Origin: Patescibacteria group bacterium
GTDB lineage: Bacteria > Patescibacteriota > Minisyncoccia > Moranbacterales > UBA11712
Assembly: GCA_030018805.1 (NCBI GenBank)
Contig: JASEHL010000003.1
Coordinates: forward strand, 1 to 49,600
Reading direction: 5' to 3'
DNA: 49,600 nt
Below, piece after piece: positions 34,383-44,302 of this stretch; the first letter of the stretch is position 1, and every line of letters begins with the position of its first letter. A program made the translations under genes and the position numbers. The notes beneath the pieces were generated by a model. It had not been told where the DNA came from. It saw nothing but the letters and a program-made list of their open reading frames with translations, and made no database searches.

Positions 34383-35594
34383 TTATTTCTTCATTTTTCT
34401 TCGGATAAACGCGGGGATTTCGAGCTCGTCGTCTTCATCTTCGGAGATTGTACTTACCTTCGATTCAAAATTGATTTGTCTTTTCGGTTTCGGGGAAACT
34501 TTTTCTTCGATAATGAATTTCGGTTTTTCGTCAATTTCAGAAAGTACTCCGGCCAAAGGAGTCGAACTATCTTCAACGATGCTCTTCGCGACCTCTCTGC
34601 TGGAAGCTGGCATCACCCCCGCGGATTCACTTACCATCTCTGAATCAAAACCGGCCGCAATAACAGTGAGATGCAATTCTCCTTTTTTTGCCGATTCATC
34701 AATCGTCGCGCCAAAAATGACCTTGGCGTTCGGATCAATGCTTTCCGTGATAACATTGGCCGCTTCGTTGATTTCAAGCATCGTGATATCCGGACCGCCA
34801 CTCACATTGAACAGAATGCCTTTCGCGCCGTCAATGGAAAATTCAAGGAGCGGGCTGTTGATGGCCGCTTTAGCCGCTTGAGTGGCCCGATTCTCGCCGG
34901 CCGCGATTCCAATTCCCATGAGAGCGCTGCCGGCATCCTGAAGAACCGCTTTCACGTCGGCAAAATCAACATTCACTATGCCGGGCTTGGAAATAAGATC
35001 TGAAATCCCTTGAACGCCTTGCCGCAGAACATCATCCACGACCCGAAACGCATTCATAAGGGTGGTTTTCCGGTCGATAATCTGGAGAAGCCGGTCGTTG
35101 GAAATAACGATAAGCGCGTCTACTCTGTCTTTCAAATTTTCAAGGCCCTCGAGGGCAATCGCTTTTCTTTGCGCGCCTTCAAAGCTGAAAGGTTTTGTCA
35201 CAACCGCAATCGTGAGAGCTCCGGCCTCTTTGGCGACCTCGGTCACGATCGGCGAAGCTCCCGTTCCCGTTCCGCCGCCCAGTCCGCACGTGACAAAAAC
35301 CATATCCGAGCCTTTGAGAACTTCGGCAATTTCATCCCGGTTTTCTTCGGCCGCCTGGCGCCCGATTTCCGGATTCATTCCCGCTCCCAGACCCTTGGTC
35401 AGATTTTTTCCAATGTGAATTTTGTCACTCGCTTTTGAGTGATGAAGGTCTTGAGCGTCGGTGTTCACCGCCACAAATTCAACGCCGCGAAGTTTGCATT
35501 CCATCATGCGGCTAATCGCGTTTCCGCCGGATCCCCCAACTCCGACCACTTTTATCCTGGCAAAGGTTTCAATGTCCGGTTTTATTTCAGCCAT
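34383..35594 (-). CDS. ftsZ: Cell division protein FtsZ
   Basis: GGGTGTG, NVDFAD, C-terminal EIPAFIR. Confidence 0.98.
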   Translation of the reverse strand: MAEIKPDIETFARIKVVGVGGSGGNAISRMMECKLRGVEFVAVNTDAQDLHHSKASDKIHIGKNLTKGLGAGMNPEIGRQAAEENRDEIAEVLKGSDMVFVTCGLGGGTGTGASPIVTEVAKEAGALTIAVVTKPFSFEGAQRKAIALEGLENLKDRVDALIVISNDRLLQIIDRKTTLMNAFRVVDDVLRQGVQGISDLISKPGIVNVDFADVKAVLQDAGSALMGIGIAAGENRATQAAKAAINSPLLEFSIDGAKGILFNVSGGPDITMLEINEAANVITESIDPNAKVIFGATIDESAKKGELHLTVIAAGFDSEMVSESAGVMPASSREVAKSIVEDSSTPLAGVLSEIDEKPKFIIEEKVSPKPKRQINFESKVSTISEDEDDELEIPAFIRRKMKK

Positions 35595-35672
35595 ATAAAT
35601 TTATTTGGTTGCTAATAATCCAGTAAATCAATCTAGCATAATGCCTAAAAAAATGTCAAGGGATTTTCTTTT

Positions 35673-35783
35673 AAGCGCAAAGCGCAAAGCGCAAAGCCTA
35701 AACCTCAAAGCTACAGCTTAAAGCGCAAAATTTTTAGCTTTACGCTGTGGTTTTACGCTTTGAACTTTACACTTTGCGCTTTT
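35673..35783. repeat. AAAGCGC heptamer stem-loop repeat between ftsA and ftsZ
   Basis: Tandem AAGCGCA with complementary right arm; similar layout at 47930-48035. Confidence 0.7.
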
Positions 35784-35787
35784 TGTT

Positions 35788-37050
35788 TTATGGCAAAAAC
35801 TTTTTGAGCCACCCTTTCATTTTGTCGACTGTGTGGCCGATTCTGGGAAGCCCATCAATGGCCGGCAGCTTCGTTCGGAGATTCCCCGGTGAACTCATGG
35901 CCGCTTCCTCTTCTCCCCAGAGAGCCAGGCCCACCGCTGTGACGAACGAGGGCTCGTCCACCTTGTCCACAATTCCCCCAAGCTCTAAAGGAAAGCCCGT
36001 TTGAACGGGGAGCCGCAAAATCTTTTTGGCTAAATCAACCACACCCGGGAGTTTCGCCCCGCCGCCAACAAGAACCGCGCCCGCCGGAAGCATTCCCGAC
36101 CGGTTGGTTTTCCGAAGTTCTTTGTCAATCATGGTGAAAATTTCTTCGAGGCGCGCTTCGACGATTTCCGCGACATGATGGCGAGACACTTCGCCTTCCT
36201 CGTTTTGGTCGATTTCCGACAGTTTGATCTGGTCTTTTTTGCTGATATCGTCCGGAAGAGCCGAACCGTAATTTACTTTTACTTTTTCGGCGACATCAAT
36301 TGAAGTGCGAAGGCCGATGGCAATGTCATTGGTAATATGTCCTCCGCCGATCGGAACCACCCCGATCTGGACAAGATCGCCTTCTTCATAAACTGAAAAA
36401 CTGGTCGTCCCGCCGCCGATGTCGACAAGAATGACGCCTAATTCCTTTTGTCTTTTGTTGACGGAGGCTTTGGCGGCCGCCAGAGCTGAAAAAACCATGT
36501 CGTCCACTTCAACTCCGGCCTGATAGACGCATTTGGAGAGATTTTTGATTACCGGCGTTGAACCCAAAACAAGCATGGCGCTGACTTCGAGCCTGATTCC
36601 GTTCATCCCGATCGGATCCTTGATGTCTTTTTGATCATCAACAATGAAGCTTCGCGGAATAACATGGATTATTTCCGTATTTGAAGGAAGGGAAATCGTT
36701 TCCGCCGCCGTAAGGGAGCGCATGATGTCGTCTCCGGTTATTTCCCCGTCGGCTTTGCCAATCGCCACAACGCCCTGGCTTTCCTGGTACTTGATGTGAC
36801 TGCCTCCGATGCTTACAATCGCTCGGGTAATCGGGATGCCGGATGTCCGTTCGGCATTTTTCACCGCTTCGCCGATTGATTTCACGGTTTCTTCCACATC
36901 AGCCACAACGCCTCGGCGAATGCCAAAAGAAGAAGCGTTTCCAACTCCCATCACTCGAGGCTTTTCCTCTTCTTCGAATCTTTGCAAAATCACCGCCCGG
37001 ACATTGGATGAGCCGATATCAAGGCCGATTATAGTGTGTCCTTTCCCCAT
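35788..37050 (-). CDS. ftsA: Cell division protein FtsA
   Basis: GLDIGSS, VDIGGGTT, GGGHITNDIA, VGGGAKL; start moved to MGKGHT. Confidence 0.96.
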   Translation of the reverse strand: MGKGHTIIGLDIGSSNVRAVILQRFEEEEKPRVMGVGNASSFGIRRGVVADVEETVKSIGEAVKNAERTSGIPITRAIVSIGGSHIKYQESQGVVAIGKADGEITGDDIMRSLTAAETISLPSNTEIIHVIPRSFIVDDQKDIKDPIGMNGIRLEVSAMLVLGSTPVIKNLSKCVYQAGVEVDDMVFSALAAAKASVNKRQKELGVILVDIGGGTTSFSVYEEGDLVQIGVVPIGGGHITNDIAIGLRTSIDVAEKVKVNYGSALPDDISKKDQIKLSEIDQNEEGEVSRHHVAEIVEARLEEIFTMIDKELRKTNRSGMLPAGAVLVGGGAKLPGVVDLAKKILRLPVQTGFPLELGGIVDKVDEPSFVTAVGLALWGEEEAAMSSPGNLRTKLPAIDGLPRIGHTVDKMKGWLKKFLP

Positions 37051-37059
37051 GAAGATACC

Positions 37060-37170
37060 TATGCGAATAATGCTAATACATGCCAATCAACGAATTGCGA
37101 ATATTTTGCACAAGCGCGTTAGCAAGTTCGCAATTTGCGGATTAGCATTTATTCGCAGATTCGCATCGGT
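37060..37170. repeat. GCGAAT/ATTCGC-type stem-loop repeat
   Basis: Related arrays at 37571-37673 and 41541-41640. Confidence 0.6.
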
Positions 37171-37184
37171 ATTCTACCAAAAAG

Positions 37185-37562
37185 CTAGAATCCCTGCAAA
37201 AGCATTTGCTTTATATAAGGATAGAAAATAATGATGCCGATAACAATCGCGCCGACTGAAGCCAGAAGAACCGTCGTTGCCATGATGTCTTTTATGAGTT
37301 GAGCATAAGGATGGACGCGAGGCTTCAGGATGTCGACTACTCTTTCCATGATCGTGTTTATAAGCTCTATCACGAGAACTGAAAATATGACAAGAAAAAG
37401 AGCCACTTTTTGCCAATCGCGGATATCGAAAATAAACATCAAGATTATCACGAAAATTCCAATCAAAATCTCCAGCTGAAAATTCTGCTCGTTCTTGAGA
37501 ACATACTTCAATCCCCGAAAAGCATGATGGAAGCTTTTGAAAAGTTTTTTGATGTTATCCAC
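37185..37562 (-). CDS. dgkA: Diacylglycerol/undecaprenol kinase family protein
   Basis: SFHHAFRG, EQNF, ELINTIMERVVD, IKDIMA. Confidence 0.9.
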   Translation of the reverse strand: MDNIKKLFKSFHHAFRGLKYVLKNEQNFQLEILIGIFVIILMFIFDIRDWQKVALFLVIFSVLVIELINTIMERVVDILKPRVHPYAQLIKDIMATTVLLASVGAIVIGIIIFYPYIKQMLLQGF

Positions 37563-37659
37563 AATCTTGTCTACGAATTACGAATTTCGTACGAATATAC
37601 GAATCAATTTTTTCACGCTACCGTTGCACAATAATATTCATTCGTATATTCGTATTTGA

Positions 37660-38076
37660 TTAGCAATTCGTAGAGATCTTATCCTGTATCTTGTACATCT
37701 TCTTCCCGTGTTTCATTCCCAGAAGATGCAAAACGCCGTGCGACAGGACAAAAGCCAGTTCTTTTTGAAAAGCAACTTTGTTTGCTCTTGCGTTCCTTGC
37801 GATTATTTCGGGACAAAGCGCCAGTTCCCCCGCTCGAAGCGCTTCTCCTTTTTTATTATACATTGAAGAATAACTAAAGGAAAGCACATCCGTGGCTTTG
37901 TCTTTTTTTCGGTAAATTCGGTTCAAGCGCCGAATTTCTTTTTTTTCGACGAAGGCGATTGAAATCGAAAAATCTCCCGGTTTCTTTTTGGAAATGTCGA
38001 GAGTCTTTTCCACGATTTTTCGAACAAAATTTTTTTCAATTCTTTTTTTTGTTTTGTTGGCAATTTCTATCCTCAT
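37660..38076 (-). CDS. ybeY: rRNA maturation endoribonuclease YbeY
   Basis: LNRIYR, TDVLSF, HGVLHLLGMKH. Confidence 0.92.
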   Translation of the reverse strand: MRIEIANKTKKRIEKNFVRKIVEKTLDISKKKPGDFSISIAFVEKKEIRRLNRIYRKKDKATDVLSFSYSSMYNKKGEALRAGELALCPEIIARNARANKVAFQKELAFVLSHGVLHLLGMKHGKKMYKIQDKISTNC

Positions 38077-38090
38077 TCAAAATTCTTTCG

Positions 38091-38549
38091 CTATGAAACA
38101 AGTTTTTCTTCGATGATTTTTTTTACGATGCTCCCATCGGCCTTTCCTTGAAGCTCTTTCATAACCGCGCCCATGAGTTTTCCGAAACCCGTTTTGTCAG
38201 AAATTCCGAACTTCGCCATTTTAGCTTCGACGATTTTTCTTATTTCGTCATCATTCATTTGGGCCGGAAGATAACTCCCGAGAATTTCGAGTTCTTTCTT
38301 TTCTTTCTGGACAAGATCCGCCCGGCCTCCTTTTTCATATTCAGAGATGGAGTCTTTTCTCTGTTTCGCCTGGCGACGGACAACCAAAATAATATCTTCA
38401 TCGGAAAGATATTTTTCACCCTGGGCCCTTTTCTCAATCTGGTGATTTTTGATTGCCGAAATCAGAAAGCGCAAAATACCGGTTTTCTCCTTATCGGCGG
38501 ATTTGAGAGCAGATTTCAGATCATTTTCGATTTGTTGATGTATGTTCAC
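38091..38549 (-). CDS. GatB/YqeY domain protein
   Basis: KQRKDSISEY, YLPAQ, GKLMG; probable GTG start at 38549 (upstream is repeat). Confidence 0.9.
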   Translation of the reverse strand: MNIHQQIENDLKSALKSADKEKTGILRFLISAIKNHQIEKRAQGEKYLSDEDIILVVRRQAKQRKDSISEYEKGGRADLVQKEKKELEILGSYLPAQMNDDEIRKIVEAKMAKFGISDKTGFGKLMGAVMKELQGKADGSIVKKIIEEKLVS

Positions 38550-38614
38550 GTAACATGGAACACGCAACACATAACAAATTTGTTCCATGTTATGTGCTAT
38601 GTATTATGTGAATA

Positions 38615-38869
38615 TTATTCCTCCAATTTTCTCTTGATTCTTTTCAGCGCTTCTTCGTCAAATTTTCCGATTTTCTTGAGTTTGTCCACTTCCTTCTTTA
38701 TTTTGGCGCGATACTGGGCGGAAAGCCTCACTTGCCGCTTGTTTTTCGGCTTTGCGTAAAATCGATTCCCCCTGGCCGCGTATAAAACACCGCTCTGCTG
38801 GACGCGGCGAGAAAAACGCCTAATCAGGCTTTCGGATGTTTCTCTGTCCTTCTTTTTTACTTCGATCAT
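38615..38869 (-). CDS. rpsU: 30S ribosomal protein S21
   Basis: EVKKKDRETSESLIRRFSRRVQQSG; context next to yqeY. Confidence 0.85.
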   Translation of the reverse strand: MIEVKKKDRETSESLIRRFSRRVQQSGVLYAARGNRFYAKPKNKRQVRLSAQYRAKIKKEVDKLKKIGKFDEEALKRIKRKLEE

Positions 38870-38913
38870 AAAACCCCCTCTCTAAATAAGTATTGTGACG
38901 ATAGAATTCATTT

Positions 38914-39264
38914 TTAAGTTACGGGACGGATATTCTCCGATAACTTTGCGCCCCCGATCAAATGTAAATGCAAATGCCCGACTTCCTGTCCCCCGTGACG
39001 GCCGACCCGAAAAAGAAGCTTATACCCATTGCCGGAAATTTTCAAGTCTTCGGCGATTCTCTTGGCGGAAAGAATCATTCTTCCCATCAGTTTTTCATCG
39101 CTCTCTGAAACATCCGCCACACTCCCAATATGTTTTTTGGGAATCACAAGGACATGCGCCGGAGCGATTGGATTGATATCGCGAAAAGCGACAACGAGCT
39201 CATCTTCATGCAAAAACTCTGTCGGTATTTCTTTTTTTACTATTTTACAGAAAACACAATCCAT
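38914..39264 (-). CDS. HIT family nucleotide-binding protein
   Basis: DCVFCKI, HVLVIPKKH, HLHLH. Confidence 0.93.
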   Translation of the reverse strand: MDCVFCKIVKKEIPTEFLHEDELVVAFRDINPIAPAHVLVIPKKHIGSVADVSESDEKLMGRMILSAKRIAEDLKISGNGYKLLFRVGRHGGQEVGHLHLHLIGGAKLSENIRPVT

Positions 39265-39267
39265 AAA

Positions 39268-39410
39268 ATTTCTAATATCTAATTTCTAATTGATCTAATC
39301 AAATCCCAATTTCTAATGTCTAAAAAATAAATCTTATCTTGAGAAAATATTTTGGGATTTAGCATTTGGGGTTTATTTAGGTCAATTAGGTTAATTAGAA
39401 ATTAGACATT
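39268..39410. repeat. TTTCTAA/TTAGAAA-type heptamer stem-loop repeat
   Basis: Fills hisS-HIT gap; left and right arms complementary. Confidence 0.7.
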
Positions 39411-39412
39411 CT

Positions 39413-40753
39413 CTATTTTTTCAATCTTTTCTTCACCTCATCCACAACACGCGCCGCATCAACGATTTCCTGATTTCCGCTGGTCATATCCTTCACAATC
39501 ACCGTTTCATCAATCGCCTCTTTTTGGCCCAAAATAAGCGTGATTTCAACACCAAGACGATCTGCCACTTTGAGCTGTGATTTGAGGCTTCCCCGACCGA
39601 AACTTTCGGCTATCATAATCCCGGCTCGTTCAAGCGCTTCAAACATCTTGAGGCTTTTTTTCTTGGCAAGCCCTCCCAATTGCGCCAAAAATACCCGCGG
39701 TTTCGGTTCGCGGTACGCCCGAGCGCCCAGTTTCTTCATCTCGGCAGCGACCCGGTCCATTCCAATCGCAAACCCGACCGCCGGAGTATTTTCCCCTCCG
39801 AGCGTCTTCACGAGGCCGTCATATCTTCCCCCGCCGCCCAAAGCGCTGTTTTTCGCGTCTTCGGGCGACTCGGAATAAATCTCAAAAACCGTTTTTGTGT
39901 AATAATCAAGTCCCCGGACCAATCCCGGATCGAGCTCAAACGGAATCTCGAGCTCTTCGAGATACTCCAGAACTTCCTTGAAGTGCGTTCGGCATTCGTC
40001 GCAAAGATGGTCGAATGACTGGGGAGCGCCGGCCGCGACCTGAACGCATTTGTCTTCCTTGCAGTCAAGAATGCGTAGCGGATTCGTCTCAAGTCTTCTT
40101 TTGCAATCAAAACAAAACTTCTGTTTCTTTGATTCAAAATAGCGGACCAAAAGATTGCGATAATTTTTGCGGCAAGCCGGACAGCCGATGCTGTTGACAT
40201 GAACTTTCGCGTTTCTGATTCCCAGAAGATAGAGAATTCTCCACGCCATTTGAATCATTTGGATATCCAAAATCGCGTCTTGTTCTCCGAAGGCTTCGCA
40301 TCCGAACTGGAAAAATTCGCGGAATCTTCCGGCTTGAGGACGGTCGTAGCGATAGCACGGACCGATATAATAGAGCTTCACCGGCTTCGGCAGAACATTC
40401 ATGCCGTTTTGTATGTAGGCGCGAGCGACTCCGGCCGTGAATTCGGGGCGAAGGCTCACTTTTTCCCCGCCACGGCTTTGAAAAGAATACATTTCTTTTT
40501 CTATGATATCCGTTCCTTCCCCGACGCTCCTGGCAAAAAGATTGGAATATTCAAGAATGGGAACATCAATCCGCTGATAGCCGAAATCAGCCGCCGCTTT
40601 TTCGCTCACGCGCCGGATTTGCTGCCAATAGGGCTGTTCTTGCGGTAAAATGTCCCGCGTGCCGCGAAGGGGCTGAAGAAGGAGCTCTTCTTGCGGATGT
40701 GCTTTTGCCGACTTTTTTATAAATTTCTTGGTTATCTTCTTTTTTCGAGCCAT
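39413..40753 (-). CDS. hisS: Histidine--tRNA ligase
   Basis: RGTRD, LRPEFT, RYDRPQAGRFREF, LVRGLDYY, GGGRYDGL; start moved to MARKKK. Confidence 0.97.
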   Translation of the reverse strand: MARKKKITKKFIKKSAKAHPQEELLLQPLRGTRDILPQEQPYWQQIRRVSEKAAADFGYQRIDVPILEYSNLFARSVGEGTDIIEKEMYSFQSRGGEKVSLRPEFTAGVARAYIQNGMNVLPKPVKLYYIGPCYRYDRPQAGRFREFFQFGCEAFGEQDAILDIQMIQMAWRILYLLGIRNAKVHVNSIGCPACRKNYRNLLVRYFESKKQKFCFDCKRRLETNPLRILDCKEDKCVQVAAGAPQSFDHLCDECRTHFKEVLEYLEELEIPFELDPGLVRGLDYYTKTVFEIYSESPEDAKNSALGGGGRYDGLVKTLGGENTPAVGFAIGMDRVAAEMKKLGARAYREPKPRVFLAQLGGLAKKKSLKMFEALERAGIMIAESFGRGSLKSQLKVADRLGVEITLILGQKEAIDETVIVKDMTSGNQEIVDAARVVDEVKKRLKK

Positions 40754-40758
40754 AAGAT

Positions 40759-40900
40759 AATTTTCAATTATCAATTTTCAATTTACAATGAATTTTCAAT
40801 GATTCAATTCCCAATATTTGAACCTGCCTGCTCGCAAGTAAAAATTGAAAATTTAGAAATTGATCATTGATTGAAAATTGTGAATTGAAAATTGAAAATT
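40759..40900. repeat. AT-rich heptamer stem-loop repeat, copy 2, with nested CCTGCCTGC element
   Basis: 29-nt and 60-nt blocks identical to 14716-14744 and 14749-14808. Confidence 0.85.
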
Positions 40901-41530
40901 TTAGAAAAGCGCAGCTTTTCTGAACGGCCAAGCCCTCAAAAGCACTTTTCCGACAATGTCATTTCCCGGCACCGGACCCCAGGAACGCGAATCGGAACTG
41001 TAGTTGCGGTTGTCGCCGAGAACAAAATATTCACTGCCGGAAAGCTGAATAATCTGATCGCCCGAAGTCTCCTCGCTCGGAGAAAGATATCCGCCTTCGT
41101 CGAGAAAAAACCCATCCGGATTTTCATTGTTGTATATCTTCACTTCTTTGTCTTTTATCTCTATTTTTTCATCCGGAAGGCCGATAATCCTCTTGATATA
41201 GTATACCGACGGATTTTTGGGATATCGAAAAACCACCACGTCGCCGCGCTTGAATTCCTTGAACGATTTCACGGTGAAAAAATTGATTTCTTTTCCGCCG
41301 TGCGTGAAGCCGATTTCCGTCGTCTTGTAGCCCAGCTCATTGATGATGAGATATTCTTTGTCCTCGAAATTCGGTTCCATCGAAGCGCCTTGGACAAAAA
41401 ACGGCTGAACGAGAAAAACCCGCAAGGGAACGATTATCACCACCACCCAGAAAACCATCTTCACGAGCTCCCAGATGATCCCGCCGACACCGTAATCTTC
41501 TGATTGCCGGTTATTTTTTTCTTCGGTCAT
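40901..41530 (-). CDS. lepB: Signal peptidase I
   Basis: GASMEP, YIKRIIG, GDNRNYSSDSR; start moved to MTEEKN. Confidence 0.95.
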   Translation of the reverse strand: MTEEKNNRQSEDYGVGGIIWELVKMVFWVVVIIVPLRVFLVQPFFVQGASMEPNFEDKEYLIINELGYKTTEIGFTHGGKEINFFTVKSFKEFKRGDVVVFRYPKNPSVYYIKRIIGLPDEKIEIKDKEVKIYNNENPDGFFLDEGGYLSPSEETSGDQIIQLSGSEYFVLGDNRNYSSDSRSWGPVPGNDIVGKVLLRAWPFRKAALF

Positions 41531-41727
41531 AAAATGACAATACAAATGTGCGAATCTTATACAAATACACGAATATGCGAATAAAAAATTCACGTAATTT
41601 GCATATCCGCATCATTTGCATTTCATTCGCGTATTTGTATTTTACTTCCTGATAATAGCAAAAATTTTGGGGCTTGGCAAGGAGTGGTTTTCGTTATTTT
41701 CAAGGGCTTTTTACATAATGACGCTTT

Positions 41728-43281
41728 TTGGAGTATACTAGAAAAGTGCAGCCATCTGACTTTCCCAATAATAACTATTACGAAAATCCCAAGCCAGATT
41801 TTCCCAAACGGAGGAAATCCAGATTTTTCTTCTGGTTTATGATTGCCGCGATTGTTTTGGGACTCGCTTTTTTGACCGCCTTTGCGTTGGCGTATAAATT
41901 CTATTCCACCAGCCGGAAAGTCATCACCGAAAATCCGCCGGATTCTTTTTTTGGAAGCCTGACGGATATCGCGTTCTCCAAGAAGAAAATTTTGCGCGGG
42001 GAAGAGAACGGGAGAATAAATATTCTTCTTTTGGGGCTCGCGGGAGAAAATTATCCCGGAGAAAATCTCACCGACTCAATCATCGTCGCAAGCGTCAATC
42101 CGAAAACCTACCAGACAGCCATGCTTTCCGTTCCGCGCGATTTTTATGTCCGGATTCCGGACACGAATTCCTACACGAAAATCAACGCTCTTTACGCTCG
42201 CGGCCACGACCGGCACGGGAAAGAGACTGAAGGCGTTGAAGATTTGAAATCGGCGCTCACGGAAATAACGGGGCTTCCCATCCACTACTATGTCGCGCTC
42301 GACTTCGACGGATTCAAAAAAGTGATTGGCGAATTGGGAGGAGTGAAAATCCAGGTTCCGAAAGACATCCACGACGAAAGATATCCCGGCCCGAATTTCA
42401 GCTACCAGACTTTTGACATAAAACAAGGCCTGCAAACTCTTGACGGAGAAACGGCGCTCAAATACGCCCGCACCCGTCATGATGAGGACGGCGATTTCGG
42501 ACGCGCTTATCGCCAGCAACTGATTTTGGAATCCGCCCGTTCAAAAGCGTTTTCTATCGGCACGCTTTTGGATGTCGCGGCAGTGAACAATATTTTGAAC
42601 ATTCTCGGCGACCATCTGCGGACCGACGTTGGGCTTGACGAGCTGGAATCGTTTTTGGAGCTTTCCGAAAAAATCGACACGCATCTCACGATAAACAAGG
42701 TGCTCGACGCCGGCCAGCCGGACAGCCTCACGGCCGTCTCGCACGTTTTTCTCGGACGCGTTCGGGCGTTCATATTGATCCCGCGCACCGGAAATTATGA
42801 CGAAATCCAGGAGCTCGCCAAAGATATTTTCAATTTGGATCTCATCGAGCGAAAGAAAAAAGAAATCGAAAATGAAAAAGCGATCGCGACAATTGTGAAC
42901 CGAAGCGGATCGGCGAATTTCGGCCAAAAATTGGCGACTCTTCTCGGAAAAATGGGATATGATGCGAAAATAGCAAAATCTGTCGAGGTTTCACCTCGAC
43001 AAGATTCAGTTATATTTGACATTAGCAAAACTAAACCCTTTTCTCTCGAAGATATGGCCAAAAAATTCTCGGCTGAAATTTCGCAAAATTTTTCCGCGAA
43101 TCTTTCCGCCGCGTGCGCCAATGCCGATTTGTGCCTTGTTGCCGGTTCTGATTTGACAGATAACTTAGACTATGAAGAAGATACAGTCAAAGAGCTGGAA
43201 AGCGAATACGAAAAACAGCAGATTGACGAAAGGGAATATATCGAACTGTTGAAGAAGGGAAGCATTAAGAAATATAACTAA
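41728..43281 (+). CDS. LCP (LytR-CpsA-Psr) family protein with C-terminal LytR_C-like domain
   Basis: NILLLG, TDSII, SVPRD, KINA, ARTRH, DFGRAYRQQ. Confidence 0.9.
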   Translation: MEYTRKVQPSDFPNNNYYENPKPDFPKRRKSRFFFWFMIAAIVLGLAFLTAFALAYKFYSTSRKVITENPPDSFFGSLTDIAFSKKKILRGEENGRINILLLGLAGENYPGENLTDSIIVASVNPKTYQTAMLSVPRDFYVRIPDTNSYTKINALYARGHDRHGKETEGVEDLKSALTEITGLPIHYYVALDFDGFKKVIGELGGVKIQVPKDIHDERYPGPNFSYQTFDIKQGLQTLDGETALKYARTRHDEDGDFGRAYRQQLILESARSKAFSIGTLLDVAAVNNILNILGDHLRTDVGLDELESFLELSEKIDTHLTINKVLDAGQPDSLTAVSHVFLGRVRAFILIPRTGNYDEIQELAKDIFNLDLIERKKKEIENEKAIATIVNRSGSANFGQKLATLLGKMGYDAKIAKSVEVSPRQDSVIFDISKTKPFSLEDMAKKFSAEISQNFSANLSAACANADLCLVAGSDLTDNLDYEEDTVKELESEYEKQQIDEREYIELLKKGSIKKYN

Positions 43282-43285
43282 TGTT

Positions 43286-43867
43286 ATGAAAACTGTTTTC
43301 CTCGCCGGTCTCGGCAATCCGGGATCAAAATACCAAAAAACCCGCCACAACGCCGGGTTCATGCTGCTTGATTATTTTTTTGAAAAATTTCGAGAGGAAT
43401 TTGAATTTTCCCATTGGGAGCTGAAAAAAAAGCTGAACGCCGAAATCAGCGTCGGGAAAATTGGTGACGGAAAAATAATATTATTCAAATCGCAGACATT
43501 CATGAATTTGTCGGGCGCCTCTGTCGTCGCGGCAAAAAAGTACTATAAAGTGAAACTGGAAAATATAATTGTCGCCCATGATGAAATCGATTTGCCGCTG
43601 GGAACTTTTCGGATTTCGACCGGATCTTCATCCGCCGGACATAAGGGAGTGCAGAATATAATTGATGCGCTGGGAACCAAAAATTTTACCCGGCTCCGGA
43701 TCGGTGTTGATAATCGGGGAGATAAACCTTCCTTCGCCAAGGCTTCGGAGGGTAAAAAAATCCCCACCGAAAAATACGTGCTGGGAAAATTCACTTCTTC
43801 CGAAAATAAAAAACTAGAGATAGCGCTTGAAGAATCATCTGTAGAATTGAAAACAAATATAAAATAA
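43286..43867 (+). CDS. pth: Peptidyl-tRNA hydrolase
   Basis: GLGNPG, TRHNAG, FMNLSG, HDEID, GHKG, RLRIG. Confidence 0.96.
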   Translation: MKTVFLAGLGNPGSKYQKTRHNAGFMLLDYFFEKFREEFEFSHWELKKKLNAEISVGKIGDGKIILFKSQTFMNLSGASVVAAKKYYKVKLENIIVAHDEIDLPLGTFRISTGSSSAGHKGVQNIIDALGTKNFTRLRIGVDNRGDKPSFAKASEGKKIPTEKYVLGKFTSSENKKLEIALEESSVELKTNIK

Positions 43868-43890
43868 AAACGTCCCGCTTTGCGGGACTC
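43866..43890 (-). terminator. Terminator oriented for a minus-strand transcript
   Basis: Minus strand GTCCCGC-aaa-GCGGGAC-GTTTTT. Confidence 0.65.
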
Positions 43891-43930
43891 CATCATTTTT
43901 ACTTTTTACTTTTTCATTTTTAATTTGAAG

Positions 43931-44050
43931 TATGTTCTCTGTCCCGCCTGATAGTGCCGGGATCATCTGCAGTTGCAAATTACCCGAACTTACCAGAGAT
44001 GCTTAAGGAGGGGTCACATCGTCTGACTATCAGACGAGACGGAAAACACA
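43931..44050 (-). ncRNA. Putative structured ncRNA (rod-like, possibly 6S-like)
   Basis: 25-bp closing stem 44026-44050 / 43931-43955 with 4 G-U pairs and 1 mismatch on minus strand; upstream promoter, downstream terminator, no ORF. Confidence 0.55.
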
Positions 44051-44163
44051 ACTTTTTTTTCTTACGTAATTCTATCCGATTTTTTTGCGAAATAAAACCG
44101 TCCAACAGCGCTTTATACAAGCCAAATCGGACTCAAATCACAATTTCCCCACCGTGATTGTCT

Positions 44164-44191
44164 ATTATAGCAGAACCGCGGGATTTGTCAA
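44164..44191 (-). promoter_or_regulatory. Consensus sigma70 promoter pointing into non-coding region
   Basis: TTGACA (44186-44191)-16-TATAAT (44164-44169) with TG extension. Confidence 0.75.
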
Positions 44192-44284
44192 TCCCGTTGG
44201 AAAGTCTGGGTTTTTTGAGCTTTTTGACGGCTGCCCTGTTTCCAAACATTTTTGTATCTGATTACTCAATCTTTCTAACGGGAT
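44191..44284. repeat. MITE-like inverted repeat element
   Basis: ATCCCGTTGGAAAG...CTTTCTAACGGGAT, related to 1698-1750. Confidence 0.55.
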
Positions 44285-44302
44285 AAAACCCATCATTGAT
44301 AT

